Assembly: GCA_963829055.1 (NCBI GenBank)
Contig: CAWHHI010000003.1
Location: 64,001-128,000 of the forward strand
From: an uncultured Gemmatimonadaceae bacterium
Lineage (GTDB): Bacteria > Gemmatimonadota > Gemmatimonadetes > Gemmatimonadales > Gemmatimonadaceae
Direction of reading: 5' to 3'
Length of the DNA: 64,000 bases
The translations under genes and the position numbers were made by a program. The notes under the pieces were generated by a model. That model had not been told where the DNA came from, did no database searches, and saw only the letters and a program-made list of their open reading frames with translations. Position 1 is the first letter of the stretch, and every line of letters begins with the position of its first letter. Below, in pieces: positions 32,220-43,330 of the stretch.

Positions 32220-33857
32220 ATGTCCGACCGCCGAGAGTTTTTGAAGAAGACCGGCATTGCTGCCGGCGCGATCGCCGCGAGTAGCGCGCTGCGAAAGGCC
32301 GAAGCAGCAACGACCCCGTTCATGGCCCCGCCCGCTTCACCCGCCGTCGCCGCGCCTATGGACGCCGCGACAAAGGAGCTCCTCATGGAGGCGCTCAACG
32401 CGGCGAAGATGGGCGGCGCGAGCTATGCCGACGCGCGCATAGCGCGGTATCGCGACAACCAGGTCTTCACGCGCGAGCAACAGATCATCAACGTCGTGGA
32501 CCAGGACTCGATGGGCTGCGGCGTGCGTGCGCTGGTGGACGGGACCTGGGGATTCGCGGCGACGCGCAACCTCACGAAGGCCGGGGTGGCTGGAGCGGCG
32601 CGTGAGGCGGCGGCGATTGCAAAGGCGAACCGTATCGCGCGTGACCGCGCCGTTCAGCTCGCGCCGTCGCCGTCGTACCCGGACGCGTCGTGGGTGACGC
32701 CACACACGATCGACCCGTTCACGGTGGCCATCGAGGACAAGGCCGCATTGCTCCTCAAGGCAAACGCCGAGGCAATGAAGGTGCCGGGCGTGAAGTACGT
32801 GTTCAGCGGATTGTTCTTCCGGAAGCAGGAACGTAATTACGCGAATACCGACGGCTCGGTGATCAACCAGATCGTGCTGCAGAGCTGGCCGCTCATGCAG
32901 ATCACGGCCGTAGCGCCGGACTTTTCTGATTTCCAGAATCGCGGCAACGTCGTTCAGCCGGCGGGCCGTGGATACGAGTACGTCACCGAGTGCGACCTGC
33001 CGGGGAACTCGGGCAAGTGGGGCGAGGAAGCGGCGCAGAAGCTCAAGGCGAAGCCGGTGGACGTCGGCCGCTACGACCTCGTGCTCGACCCGTCGCATCT
33101 CTGGCTCACGATCCACGAGTCGATCGCGCACCCGACGGAGCTCGACCGGGCGATGGGCTACGAGGCGAACTACGCCGGCACGAGCTTCGTCGCACCGCCC
33201 GAGAAGTATCTCGGGAAGTTCAAGTACGGCCCGGCGTTCATGAACATTCGTGGCGATCGGACGCAGGCGGGGGCGCTGGCGACGATCGGCTATGATGATG
33301 AGGGCGTGAAGCCTGACGACTTCATGATCATCAAGAACGGCGTCGTGAACGACTACCAGACGACGCGCGAGCAGGCGAGCTGGCTCAAGTGGTGGTACGA
33401 CCAGCAGAAGCAGCCGACGCGGTCGCACGGATGCTCGTACGCGGACTCGTGGTCGAGCGTACAGTTCCAGCGCATGCCTAACGTGTCGCTCATGCCGGGC
33501 GAGAAGGACCTCAAGTGGGAAGACCTCATCGCGGCAACGGACCGCGGGATCGCGATCCAGGGTGACGGCTCGTTCTCGATCGATCAGCAGCGCTTCAACG
33601 CCCAGTTCGGTGGGCAGGTGTTCTACGAGATCCGCGGCGGGAAGATCACGGGGATGCTCAAGGACGTCGCGTACCAGATGCGGACGCCGGATTTCTGGAA
33701 CGCGATGGACATGATCGGTGGAAAATCCAGCTACCGGCTTGGCGGGAGCTTCTTCGACGGGAAGGGGCAGCCGGGTCAGGTGAACGCGGTGAGCCACGGC
33801 GCGGTGCCCGCTCGATTCAAGCAGATCAACGTCATCAACACAGGCAGAAAGGCCTGA
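32220..33857 (+). CDS. tldD: TldD-family metalloprotease with a Tat-type signal
   Basis: RREFLKK; GASYADARI, IHESIAHPTELDR (HExxxH) and QRMPNVSLMPG. Confidence 0.9.
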   Translation: MSDRREFLKKTGIAAGAIAASSALRKAEAATTPFMAPPASPAVAAPMDAATKELLMEALNAAKMGGASYADARIARYRDNQVFTREQQIINVVDQDSMGCGVRALVDGTWGFAATRNLTKAGVAGAAREAAAIAKANRIARDRAVQLAPSPSYPDASWVTPHTIDPFTVAIEDKAALLLKANAEAMKVPGVKYVFSGLFFRKQERNYANTDGSVINQIVLQSWPLMQITAVAPDFSDFQNRGNVVQPAGRGYEYVTECDLPGNSGKWGEEAAQKLKAKPVDVGRYDLVLDPSHLWLTIHESIAHPTELDRAMGYEANYAGTSFVAPPEKYLGKFKYGPAFMNIRGDRTQAGALATIGYDDEGVKPDDFMIIKNGVVNDYQTTREQASWLKWWYDQQKQPTRSHGCSYADSWSSVQFQRMPNVSLMPGEKDLKWEDLIAATDRGIAIQGDGSFSIDQQRFNAQFGGQVFYEIRGGKITGMLKDVAYQMRTPDFWNAMDMIGGKSSYRLGGSFFDGKGQPGQVNAVSHGAVPARFKQINVINTGRKA

Positions 33858-33973
33858 GCTCACTGGGCCGCTTCACACTACAAGACTACTGATGAACTAC
33901 GAACTGCAGTCCTCAGTCATCAGTAGTCGGTCATGTAGTACTCAGTCTTCTACTTCTTTGACCGTTTGATCCG

Positions 33974-35357
33974 ATGAGCTTTCCCAAACGTCTTTTTGAA
34001 CGAACCGAAGTGCCTGATGGCGCGGTCCTGTCTCGTGATGAGTCCAAGTCTCTGATCGACCGGGTCGTGAAGATGTCCAAAGCCGAGAGCGTTCAGGTGA
34101 ACGTCGGTGGCGGGTACTCGGCCAACGTGCGGTTCGCGGATAACCGAGATGTCGACCGCGGGCGGCATCACGGACTACACCGTCGTCATTCAGAGCTCGT
34201 TCGGGAAGAAACACTCTGTCGTAACGATCAACGACGTCTCCGACGAAGCGCTGCAGCGCGCGGTCAAGCAGTCCGAGGACCTCGCGAAGTTGGCGCCCGA
34301 CGATCCCGAAGCGATGCCCGCGTTGCCGCCGCAGCAGTACCAGGAGGTGAACGCGTACTTCGACAGCGTGGCGAACCTGACGCCCGCGGACCGCGCGAAG
34401 GCCGCGCTCACCGCGCTCGATCCCGCGCGAAAAGCCGGCGATCTCGCGACGGCCGGCTTCCTCGTTACCAACGCGTCGTCCACCGCGCTCGGCAACGACA
34501 AGGGGATGTTCGCGTATTACCGCTCCACGAACGCCAACTATACCGTCACCGTTCGAACGAAGGACGGGACGGGCTCGGGTTGGGCTGGCGGCGAGCATAA
34601 CGATTGGAGTCAGCTGGATATCGCCGGCATCAGCCAGCGTGCGCTCGAGAAGGCCAAGCTCTCACGCGCTCCGGTGGCCATCGAGCCGGGGCGCTACACC
34701 GTCATTCTCGAGCCACAGGCGGTCGGCGACCTGGTCCAGCTCATCGGCGGGTACCTGGACGCCCGTTCGGCGGACGAGGGACGCAGCCCGTTCTCGAAGC
34801 AGGGTGGCGGCAACAAGGTGGGCGAGAAGATCATGGACGAGCGGGTCAACCTGTTCTCCGACCCGTTCGATCCGCGTGTGTTGTCGCGGCCGTTCGACGG
34901 CCAGGGCTTCCCGTTAGGCAAGCAGGTGTTCGTCGAGAACGGCGTGCTCAAGCAGCTGTTCTACTCGCGCTTCTGGGCGCAGAAGCAGGGGAAGGTCGCG
35001 ACTGGCGCGCCGACGTCCTACGTCATGAGCGGCGGCGACGCGTCGGTGGAGGACATGATCAAGGGCACGGAGCGCGGCGTCCTGGTCACGCGGCTCTGGT
35101 ACCTGCGCGAGGTCGATCCGCGCACGATCCTGTACACGGGCCTGACCCGCGACGGCACGTTCCTCATCGAGAACGGCAAGATCTCCAAGGCGCTCAAGAA
35201 TTTCCGCTTCAACGAGTCGCCGCTGTTCATGTTGAACAACCTGGAGACGCTGGGCCGACCGGTTCGTCTGGCGGGCACCGAGGCGGGTGGCGCGATCGTG
35301 GTGCCGGCCATCAAGGTGCGAGACTTCAATTTCACCAGTCTGTCGGACGCCGTGTAG
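33974..35357 (+). CDS. TldE/PmbA-family partner protein, one frameshift near 34148
   Basis: IEPGRYTVILEPQAV, FDGQG, RGVLVTRLWYLR...TGLTRDGTFLIENG and NFRFNESP. Confidence 0.88.
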
Positions 35358-35360
35358 GTC

Positions 35361-35455
35361 GGAAGGCGGACGGCGGATGGCGGAAACCGAAAGAGGGCGG
35401 AAGGCGGACAGCACGCTGCTGTTTCCGCCTTCCGCCCTCCTCAGTCCGCCTTCCG
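35361..35455. repeat. Inverted array of 7-nt GGCGGAA-type units between convergent genes
   Basis: GAGGGCGGAAGGCGGA (35393-35408) pairs with TCCGCCTTCCGCCCTC (35424-35439), with further flanking units. Confidence 0.8.
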
Positions 35456-35468
35456 CGCTTCCTAACCC

Positions 35469-35702
35469 TTACGCCGCCAGTAAGCCGATCGGCCGCCAGC
35501 TCACCACATCCAGCTTATCCGTCGCGACGAAGGCGTAACGCGCCGGGGGGAAACCAGCGACACCGATTTCCAGCGTATCGCCGTCCTGTACCGTGACATT
35601 CTTGCTCACCAGCGAGAGCGCGTCGTTGAAGGACTCGCTCTGAACGACTCCTGCCTGACGAACCTCGTCGGGACTGCTGAGTGCAAACTCGAACCGCGTC
35701 AT
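35469..35702 (-). CDS. Small hypothetical protein (77 aa)
   Basis: AAGGAGG RBS upstream of ATG 35702; non-low-complexity sequence GDTLEIGVAGFPPARY. Confidence 0.7.
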   Translation of the reverse strand: MTRFEFALSSPDEVRQAGVVQSESFNDALSLVSKNVTVQDGDTLEIGVAGFPPARYAFVATDKLDVVSWRPIGLLAA

Positions 35703-36305
35703 GTCGGCATCCTCCTTCGCCGGAGGTCTATATGAAAACGCGTGGGAATCCACGCGGCTGGTAGGCGAGTCGGCGCGAATCGCTGGCCTTGGCAGGCTGA
35801 AATCCGCCGCCGATCTCGTCTGGCTGATACTACACCGCCACCACACTTTTGAGCCTGTACGGCTGGGCCAGCGCGACGGTTTCGGTAGCCTGCCTTACCT
35901 GCGTTACGTACGCCCCGGACGTTGGTTCGGATTTCCCCTGTCGACCCCCGCTTGCGCCCGTCCTACACCCGTCTGCTTTCGACCTATGCCGCACTCGTCG
36001 GAGTTCCGGCACTGGCATGCGACGCATCGGCCAGCCGCAGGTCGGCGGCGAGATGCTCGCTGGCATCGGCTCGGCCCGTCGCTCTCGCGCATACGCACCC
36101 GCGCTCGAGACGCCTCATGGAGCTCGTCATCCTGACGTGGGCCTCGCATCGGCGTTCTCGCGCGATCGATGATGTTGCTCTGGACGTCTCACGCTCATGC
36201 CACTCTCGTCGCGTGGCGCTCCGTCGGTTGGCGCAGTGCTCGTACGGACGCGACAGCGCATCGGACGATGGAAAACGGCACCGGCGGGAGAGTGACGCCA
36301 CGCTC

Positions 36306-37693
36306 ATGAGCGTGGCCGAGTGCAGACAGGTCGTACGTGCCGACGTGACCGACGGCTTTCCACGACGGGAATACGCGTGGTACGTCGTGGGGATCCTCGC
36401 GCTCGCCAACACCTCGGCGTTCATCGATCGGCAGATCCTCGGACTGCTCGTCGGGCCCGTCCGCCGCGATCTTGGCATTAGCGACACGCAGATGGGCATC
36501 CTGTACGGCCTCGCGTTCGCGCTGTTCTACACCCTGCTCGGCATTCCCATCGCGCGCGCTCGCCGACCGCGGCAGCCGACGCACCATCATCGCGGTCGGG
36601 ATCGCGCTCTGGAGCGTGATGACGGTGCTGTGCGGCGTCGCGCAGACGTACGATCAGCTGCTGCTGGCGAGGTTCGGCGTCGGGGTTGGCGAGGCGGCGC
36701 TCGCGGCGCCCGCCGTGTCGCTCCTGTCCGACTACTTTCCCGCCGAGCGTCGGGCGACGGCGCTCAGCGTGTACTCGTTAGGTATCTACCTGGGCGCGGG
36801 GCTCGCGAACCTCGTCGGCGGCGCGCTGCTCGGCGCGACTCGGCGCAGATGCCACCGTCGTCTGGCCTGTCGTCGGTGAGATCCGCTCGTGGCAGGGTGC
36901 GTTTGTCGTGGTCGGCCTTCCCGGACTCGTCATCGCGGCGCTCCTCGCCACGGTGCGCGAGCCGCAGCGACGCGAGACAGGTACGAGCGACGATACGCGC
37001 GGCCATTCGATCGGCGACATCGTCAGATACCTGGACGCCAACCGGCGCACGTTCGCGTATCACAACCTCGGGTACGCGATGTTCGCACTCGTCAACTTCG
37101 CGACCGCGGCCTGGCTCCCGAGCCATCTCGTTCGTACCTACGGATGGACCGCGGCGCGCGCCGGTGTCACGTTAGGCATCCTCACGATATCCATCGGCGT
37201 CCTCGGCGTGATCGTCGGCGGGCGCGTCGCCGATGCCATGCTCGTTCGCGGCCGGACCGACGCCAAGTTGCGCGTCGGTATCATCGCGGCGCTCGCGAAT
37301 CTCGTGTGCGGGATCGCCTACACGCTCGCGCCGACAGCGGCGCTCTCGGTCGCCGCGCTCGTCCCCTACAACTTCTTCGCGTCATTCGCGTTCGGTGCGG
37401 CAGTCGCCGCCGTGCAGGAGATCACCCCAAACCGGATGCGGGCACAGATCGGTGCGCTGTTCGTGTCGGCGATGACCCTCATCGGGCTCGGGCTCGGCCC
37501 GAGTGTTGTCGGGCTTCTGACGGATCGCGTGTTCGGCGGCGACGCCGCGCTACGCTACTCCCTGCTCGCGGTGACCGTGGTGGGACTCAGCGGTGCCGCG
37601 GCGCTGCTCGCTGCCGGACTCGCACCGTACCGTCGCAGCGTCGCCAACCGGTCGGCGTGGGCCGGCACGGCTACCGCCAGCGAAACACGCTGA
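36306..37693 (+). CDS. MFS transporter (spinster-like), frameshifted
   Basis: FIDRQILGLLVGPVRRDLGISDTQMG, ARFGVGVGEAALA and QEITPNRMRAQ. Confidence 0.9.
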
Positions 37694-39951
37694 GCACGTT
37701 CGAGAAGTCGTCCGTCCAGAGCCCAATGTCCGAGGTCGGTGCCAGCACGCGCCAGCCTGGCTGCAGTGCGAGCGGCGCATGGTCGTTCGCATTGCGCGAC
37801 AGCACGATCCACTTCGAGTTCATCTTGAATGACATCGTCTCCGCCGACGAAATGCCCACGTCGGAGCCGACAATGCCGGCGATGCGCGCATCACGCGCGA
37901 GTCCAACGACCACGGGCTCGAGGTCGAGATAGCGGTTGCTGATGTGGAAGGCGATCGAGCCGCCCGGTGCGAGCTTTCGCAGGTAGAGCTGCAACGCCTC
38001 ACGCGTCATGAGGTGAATCGGGATGGCGTCGGAGCTGAACGCGTCGAGGATCATGTAGTCGTACGAGCTATCCGGCGCCTGGGCGAGTGAGAGTCGAGCG
38101 TCGCCGATTATGATGCGCTTCGCGGGAGGGCAATCGCGAAGGTACGAGAAGTACTTCGGATTGAACGCGATCCGCTCGATCAACGGGTCGATCTCGTAGA
38201 ACGTCCACGTCTCGTTAGGCCGGCCGTAGCACGCGACGGTGCCGGTGCCAAGCCCGACGATGGCCACACGGCGATTGGGGTTCCCCCGCATGAGCCACGC
38301 GAACGACTGCCCAAGCGGCCCGTCGCGATGGTAATAGGTGAGCGGCTCGGTCGCGAACTGCGGATAGATGCTCTGGCCGCCGTGCGTCGTCGTTCCGTTC
38401 TGCAACGCCTTGTGCTTGGGGTAGCGCAGTACGCGGTACACGCCGAAGAAGCTACGACCCCGGAAAAGGAGAGTGCGGGTCTGTGCCTCTCCCTAACGCG
38501 GCGCCCAGGAAGATCGCCGCGATGCCGAGCGCGAACCGGACCGGATGGCGCTGGAAGATCAGGATGAGGATCGCGTACCCGCCGAACACCCACACATTCG
38601 CTTTCTCGCCCCACGACGCTGGCGGGAAACCGGCGTGCATCAACACCATGATGGCGATGCAGATGATCGCGGGGAGGATCACGTCGAGCATGCGGTCGAT
38701 CGGCCGCCGCGGCACGAGCGTGGGCCGGAGGGCCGCCGCGATGATGATCGCGATCGGATACTCCAGCACGGAGTCGAACACGTGCGGCGCGATCAGCACG
38801 TTGAAGATGCCGCCCAGCATGCCGCCCACCGACATCCACAGGTAGAACTCGGTGAGGTGCGCGACCGACGGCCGATCCTTCGCCAGCTCGCCGTGACACA
38901 CCAACGCGCTGAGGAAGAACGCGACGAGATGCGTCGGGGCGAGCGCGGTGACGCTGCGCTGCATCATGAGCGCGATGGACACCGCCAGGATCAGCAGGAA
39001 CGGCGGCTGCAGCCAGATCGCGAACGCGTGCCGGAAGATGACGGTGTTCCGCGCGAACACGATGACGAACGTGAGCAGGTAAATCGCGAGCGGAACGATC
39101 CACAGCAGCGGGATCGACGCGACGTCGGTCGCGAGATAGGTCGTGACAGCGAGCAGCATGCTCGACGGCACGAACGAGAGTAGCACCCAGCGCGCGCGTC
39201 GCCAGACAGTGAGCCGCTCCGCCGGTGCGACGGGCGCAGCAGCCATGGAGTTGAACGCATCCATGTCCGCGACCGTGGCGTCCGCCGAAACCGGCCCGGC
39301 TGCGCCGCTCACGGTCAGCGTACCGCCGACCATGCTTCGCCGGACCACGAACGCACACACGGCGATGAGCACCGCGAGCACTACGTACCCCGCGGTCCAC
39401 AAGTGGCTCTGCTGCGCCAGCCGCAGTCGCGGCTCGATGACGACAGGATACGCGAGCAGCGCCACCATGCTCCCGAGATTGCTCGCGGCGTACAGGAAGT
39501 ATGGGTTCGTCGCTGCCGGATGCCCGGATTCGCTGAACCATCGCTGCAGCAGCGGCGCACCGGTCGACAGCATGAAGAACGGCGCACCGAGCGAGACGGC
39601 GAGCAGCGCGGTGAGCCACCACACAGGCGTGTCGGACCCGCTCGGTCGCCATCCTGACGCCACGGCAACCGGCAGCGTGAGGAACGTGAGGGCGAACAGC
39701 ACGAGCTGCAGCACCGACTGCTTGCGCACGTCCAACCAGCGCGTGGTGACGTGCGCGTACAGGTAGCCGCAGAGCAACGCCGTCTGGAAGAACAGCATGC
39801 ACGTGTTCCACACCGACGGCGTCCCGCCGAACAGCGGGAGCACCATCTTCGAGAACATCGGCTGAACGGCGAAGAGCAACGCAGCGTTCACGAACAACGT
39901 CGCCGAGAACAGCGCGACGACGGAACCCGAGCGCGTGAAGAGTCGATTCAC
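37671..39951 (-). CDS. Fused membrane/spermidine-synthase-like methyltransferase protein, one frameshift near 38460
   Basis: LLFAVQPMFSKMVLPLFGGTPSVWNTCMLFFQ; GTTTHGGQ, VGLGTGT, FYEIDP and LDAFSSDAIPIHL. Confidence 0.9.
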
Positions 39952-39994
39952 GCCCGGATGATATGGACCGCTCCGAGTTTCGACAGGGGTGGCC

Positions 39995-40180
39995 CGATGG
40001 GCGCTCGGCGGCAGCCACGGCAATGATCACCGATAGTGTGACGCGGAACACGTCCTGGTCCATCGTCACCGGCCCGCGAATGGCCGAGATGCCGATGTAA
40101 TGCGTCCCGGCGATCGCCACGCCGGCCGGCGTCGGGCGCTTCCCGGTCAGTGTCGGCCGGATGGCGTCGAGGGTGAACGC
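39995..40180 (-). pseudogene. Decayed MHYT-domain fragment
   Basis: Translation AGVAIAGTHYIGISAIRGPVTMDQDVFRVTLSVIIAVAAA resembles the MHYT repeat (GLAIAGMHYTGMAA...LVALSVLIAVAAS). Confidence 0.55.
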
Positions 40181-40313
40181 CGCTCTCTGCTTTCACCTGC
40201 GCTGCGCAAATCAGGGGCGGAACGACGGTGTCGCTCGTCACGTTGGTGACTTCGGTGACTTCGCACGCGGATGGGCTCGCGGCCCGTGCGTTCGGTCCCT
40301 ATTGTATCGGCCC

Positions 40314-41702
40314 ATGCCCGTACCTCATTACGACCTCGCCGTCATCGGAAGCGGCCCCGCGGGACAGAAGGGCGCAATCGCCGCGGCGAAGATGCGCAAG
40401 CGAGTCGCGGTCGTGGATCGACGCGACATGGTCGGCGGGTGCTCACTGCACCTGGGGACGATTCCGAGCAAGACGATGCGCGAGGCCATCCTGTATCTCA
40501 GCGGGATGCGTCAGCGCACGTTCTACGGCGCCGACTACCGGGCGAAGGAGGACATCTCGGCGCGTGATCTCTCGCAGCGCGTCGATATCGTGCTGCAGCG
40601 CGAGATCGAGGTCGTCAGGGCGCAGCTCAAGCGCAACGGTGTCACGACCATCAACGGGATGGCGCGGTTCACTGACGCCCATACCATCGAGATCGAGGGT
40701 AGCGAGGGAAACTCGTCGACGATCACCGCCGACACGGTCCTCATTGCGTGCGGAACGCGGCCGGCGGAGAACCCCCTGATCGTCACCGACGGGCAGCGCG
40801 TATTCAACTCCGACCAGCTGCTGCATCTCCCGCTCATCCCGCGGGATCTCATCGTCGTCGGCGGCGGCGTGATCGGGCTCGAGTACGCGGCGATGATGAC
40901 GGGCCTCGGCACGCGTGTCACGCTCATCGATGCGCGTCCGACGTTGCTCGACTTCGCGGACCACGAGATCATCGAGTCGCTCTGCCATCATCTGCGAGAG
41001 GAGGGCGTGACGTTCCGCCTCGGCGAGCAGGTGGCGTCGGTGAGCGTCGAGGGTGGCGAGCGCGTCATCGCGCATCTCGAGAGCGGTAAGACGGTGAGGG
41101 GTGACGCGCTGCTGTACGCCGTGGGTCGGCAGGCGAACAGCGACCTGCTTCGCCTGGGGGCCGCGGGCATCACCGCGGACGAGCGCGGACGCATCAAGGT
41201 GAACGAGTACTTCCAGACGGTCGTGCCGCACATCTACGCGGCCGGCGACGTCATTGGCTTCCCTGCCCTCGCGGCGACGTCAATGGAACAGGGCCGCCTC
41301 GCGATCGTTCATTCGTTAGGCTTCCCGATGAAGACGTCGCCACACCTGCTCCCGTTCGGGATCTACACGATTCCCGAAATCTCCATGGTGGGACCTACGG
41401 AACGCGACCTGACGACGGCGAAGGTGCGGTACGAGGTCGGCATCTCGCGCTTCGGCGAGCTCGCACGCGCGCAGATGATCGGCGACGAGCGCGGCATGCT
41501 GAAACTGCTCTTCGATCCCGACACGCTGAAGCTCCTCGGTGTGCACGTGATGGGTGAGAGCGCGACGGAGATCATCCACATCGGCCAGGCAGTGTTGGCG
41601 ATGGGCGGAACGATCGATTATTTCCGCGACACGGTCTTCAACTATCCGACGTTGGCCGAGGCGTACAAGGTGGCGGCGCTGAACGGGATGAATAAGGTGT
41701 AG
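40314..41702 (+). CDS. sthA: Soluble pyridine nucleotide transhydrogenase
   Basis: VIGSGPAGQKGA, LHLGTIPSKTMREA (no redox CxxxxC pair), GFPALAATSMEQGR and FNYPTLAEAYKVAALNG. Confidence 0.9.
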   Translation: MPVPHYDLAVIGSGPAGQKGAIAAAKMRKRVAVVDRRDMVGGCSLHLGTIPSKTMREAILYLSGMRQRTFYGADYRAKEDISARDLSQRVDIVLQREIEVVRAQLKRNGVTTINGMARFTDAHTIEIEGSEGNSSTITADTVLIACGTRPAENPLIVTDGQRVFNSDQLLHLPLIPRDLIVVGGGVIGLEYAAMMTGLGTRVTLIDARPTLLDFADHEIIESLCHHLREEGVTFRLGEQVASVSVEGGERVIAHLESGKTVRGDALLYAVGRQANSDLLRLGAAGITADERGRIKVNEYFQTVVPHIYAAGDVIGFPALAATSMEQGRLAIVHSLGFPMKTSPHLLPFGIYTIPEISMVGPTERDLTTAKVRYEVGISRFGELARAQMIGDERGMLKLLFDPDTLKLLGVHVMGESATEIIHIGQAVLAMGGTIDYFRDTVFNYPTLAEAYKVAALNGMNKV

Positions 41703-41716
41703 GATGTGGGAACCTC

Positions 41717-42136
41717 GTGAAGCCGCTGCCGGAGTCCACTACGGCGTTCGTTCTGCGCACATCGTTTTCCGATCCATCGGCGTGGGGAGCAATCCGCGCC
41801 GCGATCGAGGCGCCTACGCCTATCGACGGGTTTCTGGCCTACGTACAGTTCGTGGACGACGCGGCGTACGAGGGCATGGCGAAGGACGAGGTCGTGGACC
41901 TGTTTCGCGGGCGAGTGGGTCACACGTTCGTGATCGTCGCCGATGACACGTCAATGACGGCAGCGGAGCACCATCTTCTCGTCATCGACCTGGCCACAGA
42001 ACCGGGGCGCGAGTTCCGCGCGGTTCCTTCGGCCATCCAGTCGATCGAGAACAACCTGTCGATCGCGAACATGGATTTCGCGGAGTTCGCTGGGGCAGTC
42101 GACGAAGACGGAGTGTTTCGCGATTTTCCGCAGTAA
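41717..42136 (+). CDS. DUF6924-like hypothetical protein
   Basis: VLRTSFSDPSAW...IENNLSIANMDFAEFAGAVDEDGVFR. Confidence 0.75.
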   Translation: MKPLPESTTAFVLRTSFSDPSAWGAIRAAIEAPTPIDGFLAYVQFVDDAAYEGMAKDEVVDLFRGRVGHTFVIVADDTSMTAAEHHLLVIDLATEPGREFRAVPSAIQSIENNLSIANMDFAEFAGAVDEDGVFRDFPQ

Positions 42137-42488
42137 GCAAAAGCTCCGAAGGATCCCAATCGCCAACGGACCGTCGCCAGCCGGCCGTTCTGATCGAAAC
42201 GGCATCGTCGTTGCGACTGCTTGGCCTCCCATCCACCGGACGGCCGACCGGTGCCTTCGCTCCTCGAACGTCACAGCGAGGGGTGCGCAGAAAGAGTGCC
42301 CCATTCGCGCACGCCCACCGTCGAGCGCCCGGGCGTGCCAGCCAGCCTCTGCCTAACGTTGCGAAGGTCCGGAGCAGTCGCAACCGGTTCACACGGAGTG
42401 GGCAACGTTGCGGTCCGCGCATGTTGACGGCGTGCGTTCACAGCGTCGTGCTTGCGCCGGCCGCCCCTCGACATTGCAGTCGCCAACC

Positions 42489-42800
42489 ATGCAGCGTCGA
42501 AACATCCAGGTCGAGATTCTCCGCACGCGTGAGCTATGGGATCAGCTCGGCAAGGCCGCGAACCTCGCGTCCCGACTTCAGCGTCGTGCGCTGATCTCCG
42601 GCCGAGCCCGACTTCATTCGGCTGTCCAGTTGCGAAGGATGACCGGCGGGACGGATGGAACGCGATCACCCCCGCCGTTCGACGACATGCCTGAGGATCG
42701 TACAGAGCCGAACCCGCCGCCATACGCCGTAGACGACCGGCTGCGACGCATTGGGCCGAAGGTCCATGGCGGGCGGGACGTTTGGGCTGCGGCGAGCTAG
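42489..42800 (+). CDS. Possible small hypothetical protein
   Basis: ORF with a helical-looking N-terminus and ending ...VWAAAS; no family recognised. Confidence 0.3.
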   Translation: MQRRNIQVEILRTRELWDQLGKAANLASRLQRRALISGRARLHSAVQLRRMTGGTDGTRSPPPFDDMPEDRTEPNPPPYAVDDRLRRIGPKVHGGRDVWAAAS

Positions 42801-42842
42801 ATTCACCACTCGCCAACAACTGCATGCCCTCAGGAGAACACA

Positions 42843-43274
42843 ATGAGCGCCAACCCAGTCACGTCAGCCAACGCTGACACGGAGGCCGAAGCGTTCCACG
42901 CCATCGGCCTGTCGTGTTCACTCACCGTAAAGGACATTGAAAAGAGCCTCGCCTGGTATCGCGACGTCGTGGGATTCGTCGTCGATCAGCCGTACGAGCG
43001 CGACGGGAAGCTGCGCGGTGTGGCGCTCAAAGCCGGCGCCGTGCGAATCCTGCTCAATGTGGACGACGGCGGCAGGGGCTGGGACCGCGTGAAGGGCGAG
43101 GGCTTCTCGCTGCAATTCACGACGTCACAGCGCGTCGACGACGTCGCTGACCGGATCAAGAAGCACGGTGGCACCCTCGAGTCCGAGCCGGCGGACATGC
43201 CGTGGGGCGCGCGCGTGTTCCGCGTGAACGACCCGGACGGCTACAAGCTCCTGATCTCGTCGCCGCGGGCGTGA
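42843..43274 (+). CDS. VOC/glyoxalase-family protein
   Basis: LTVKDIEKSLAWYRDVVGF...PADMPWGARVFRVNDPDGY; AGGAG RBS. Confidence 0.92.
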   Translation: MSANPVTSANADTEAEAFHAIGLSCSLTVKDIEKSLAWYRDVVGFVVDQPYERDGKLRGVALKAGAVRILLNVDDGGRGWDRVKGEGFSLQFTTSQRVDDVADRIKKHGGTLESEPADMPWGARVFRVNDPDGYKLLISSPRA

Positions 43275-43330
43275 TCCAGTCATAGCTCAGCTCCGACCTT
43301 CTTTTACGCCTACCGTTTCGCGACGCCCTC

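Noticed and set aside
37671..37693. 23-bp tail-to-tail overlap of the MFS and spermidine-synthase-like genes
   Set aside because: Short convergent overlaps are common.
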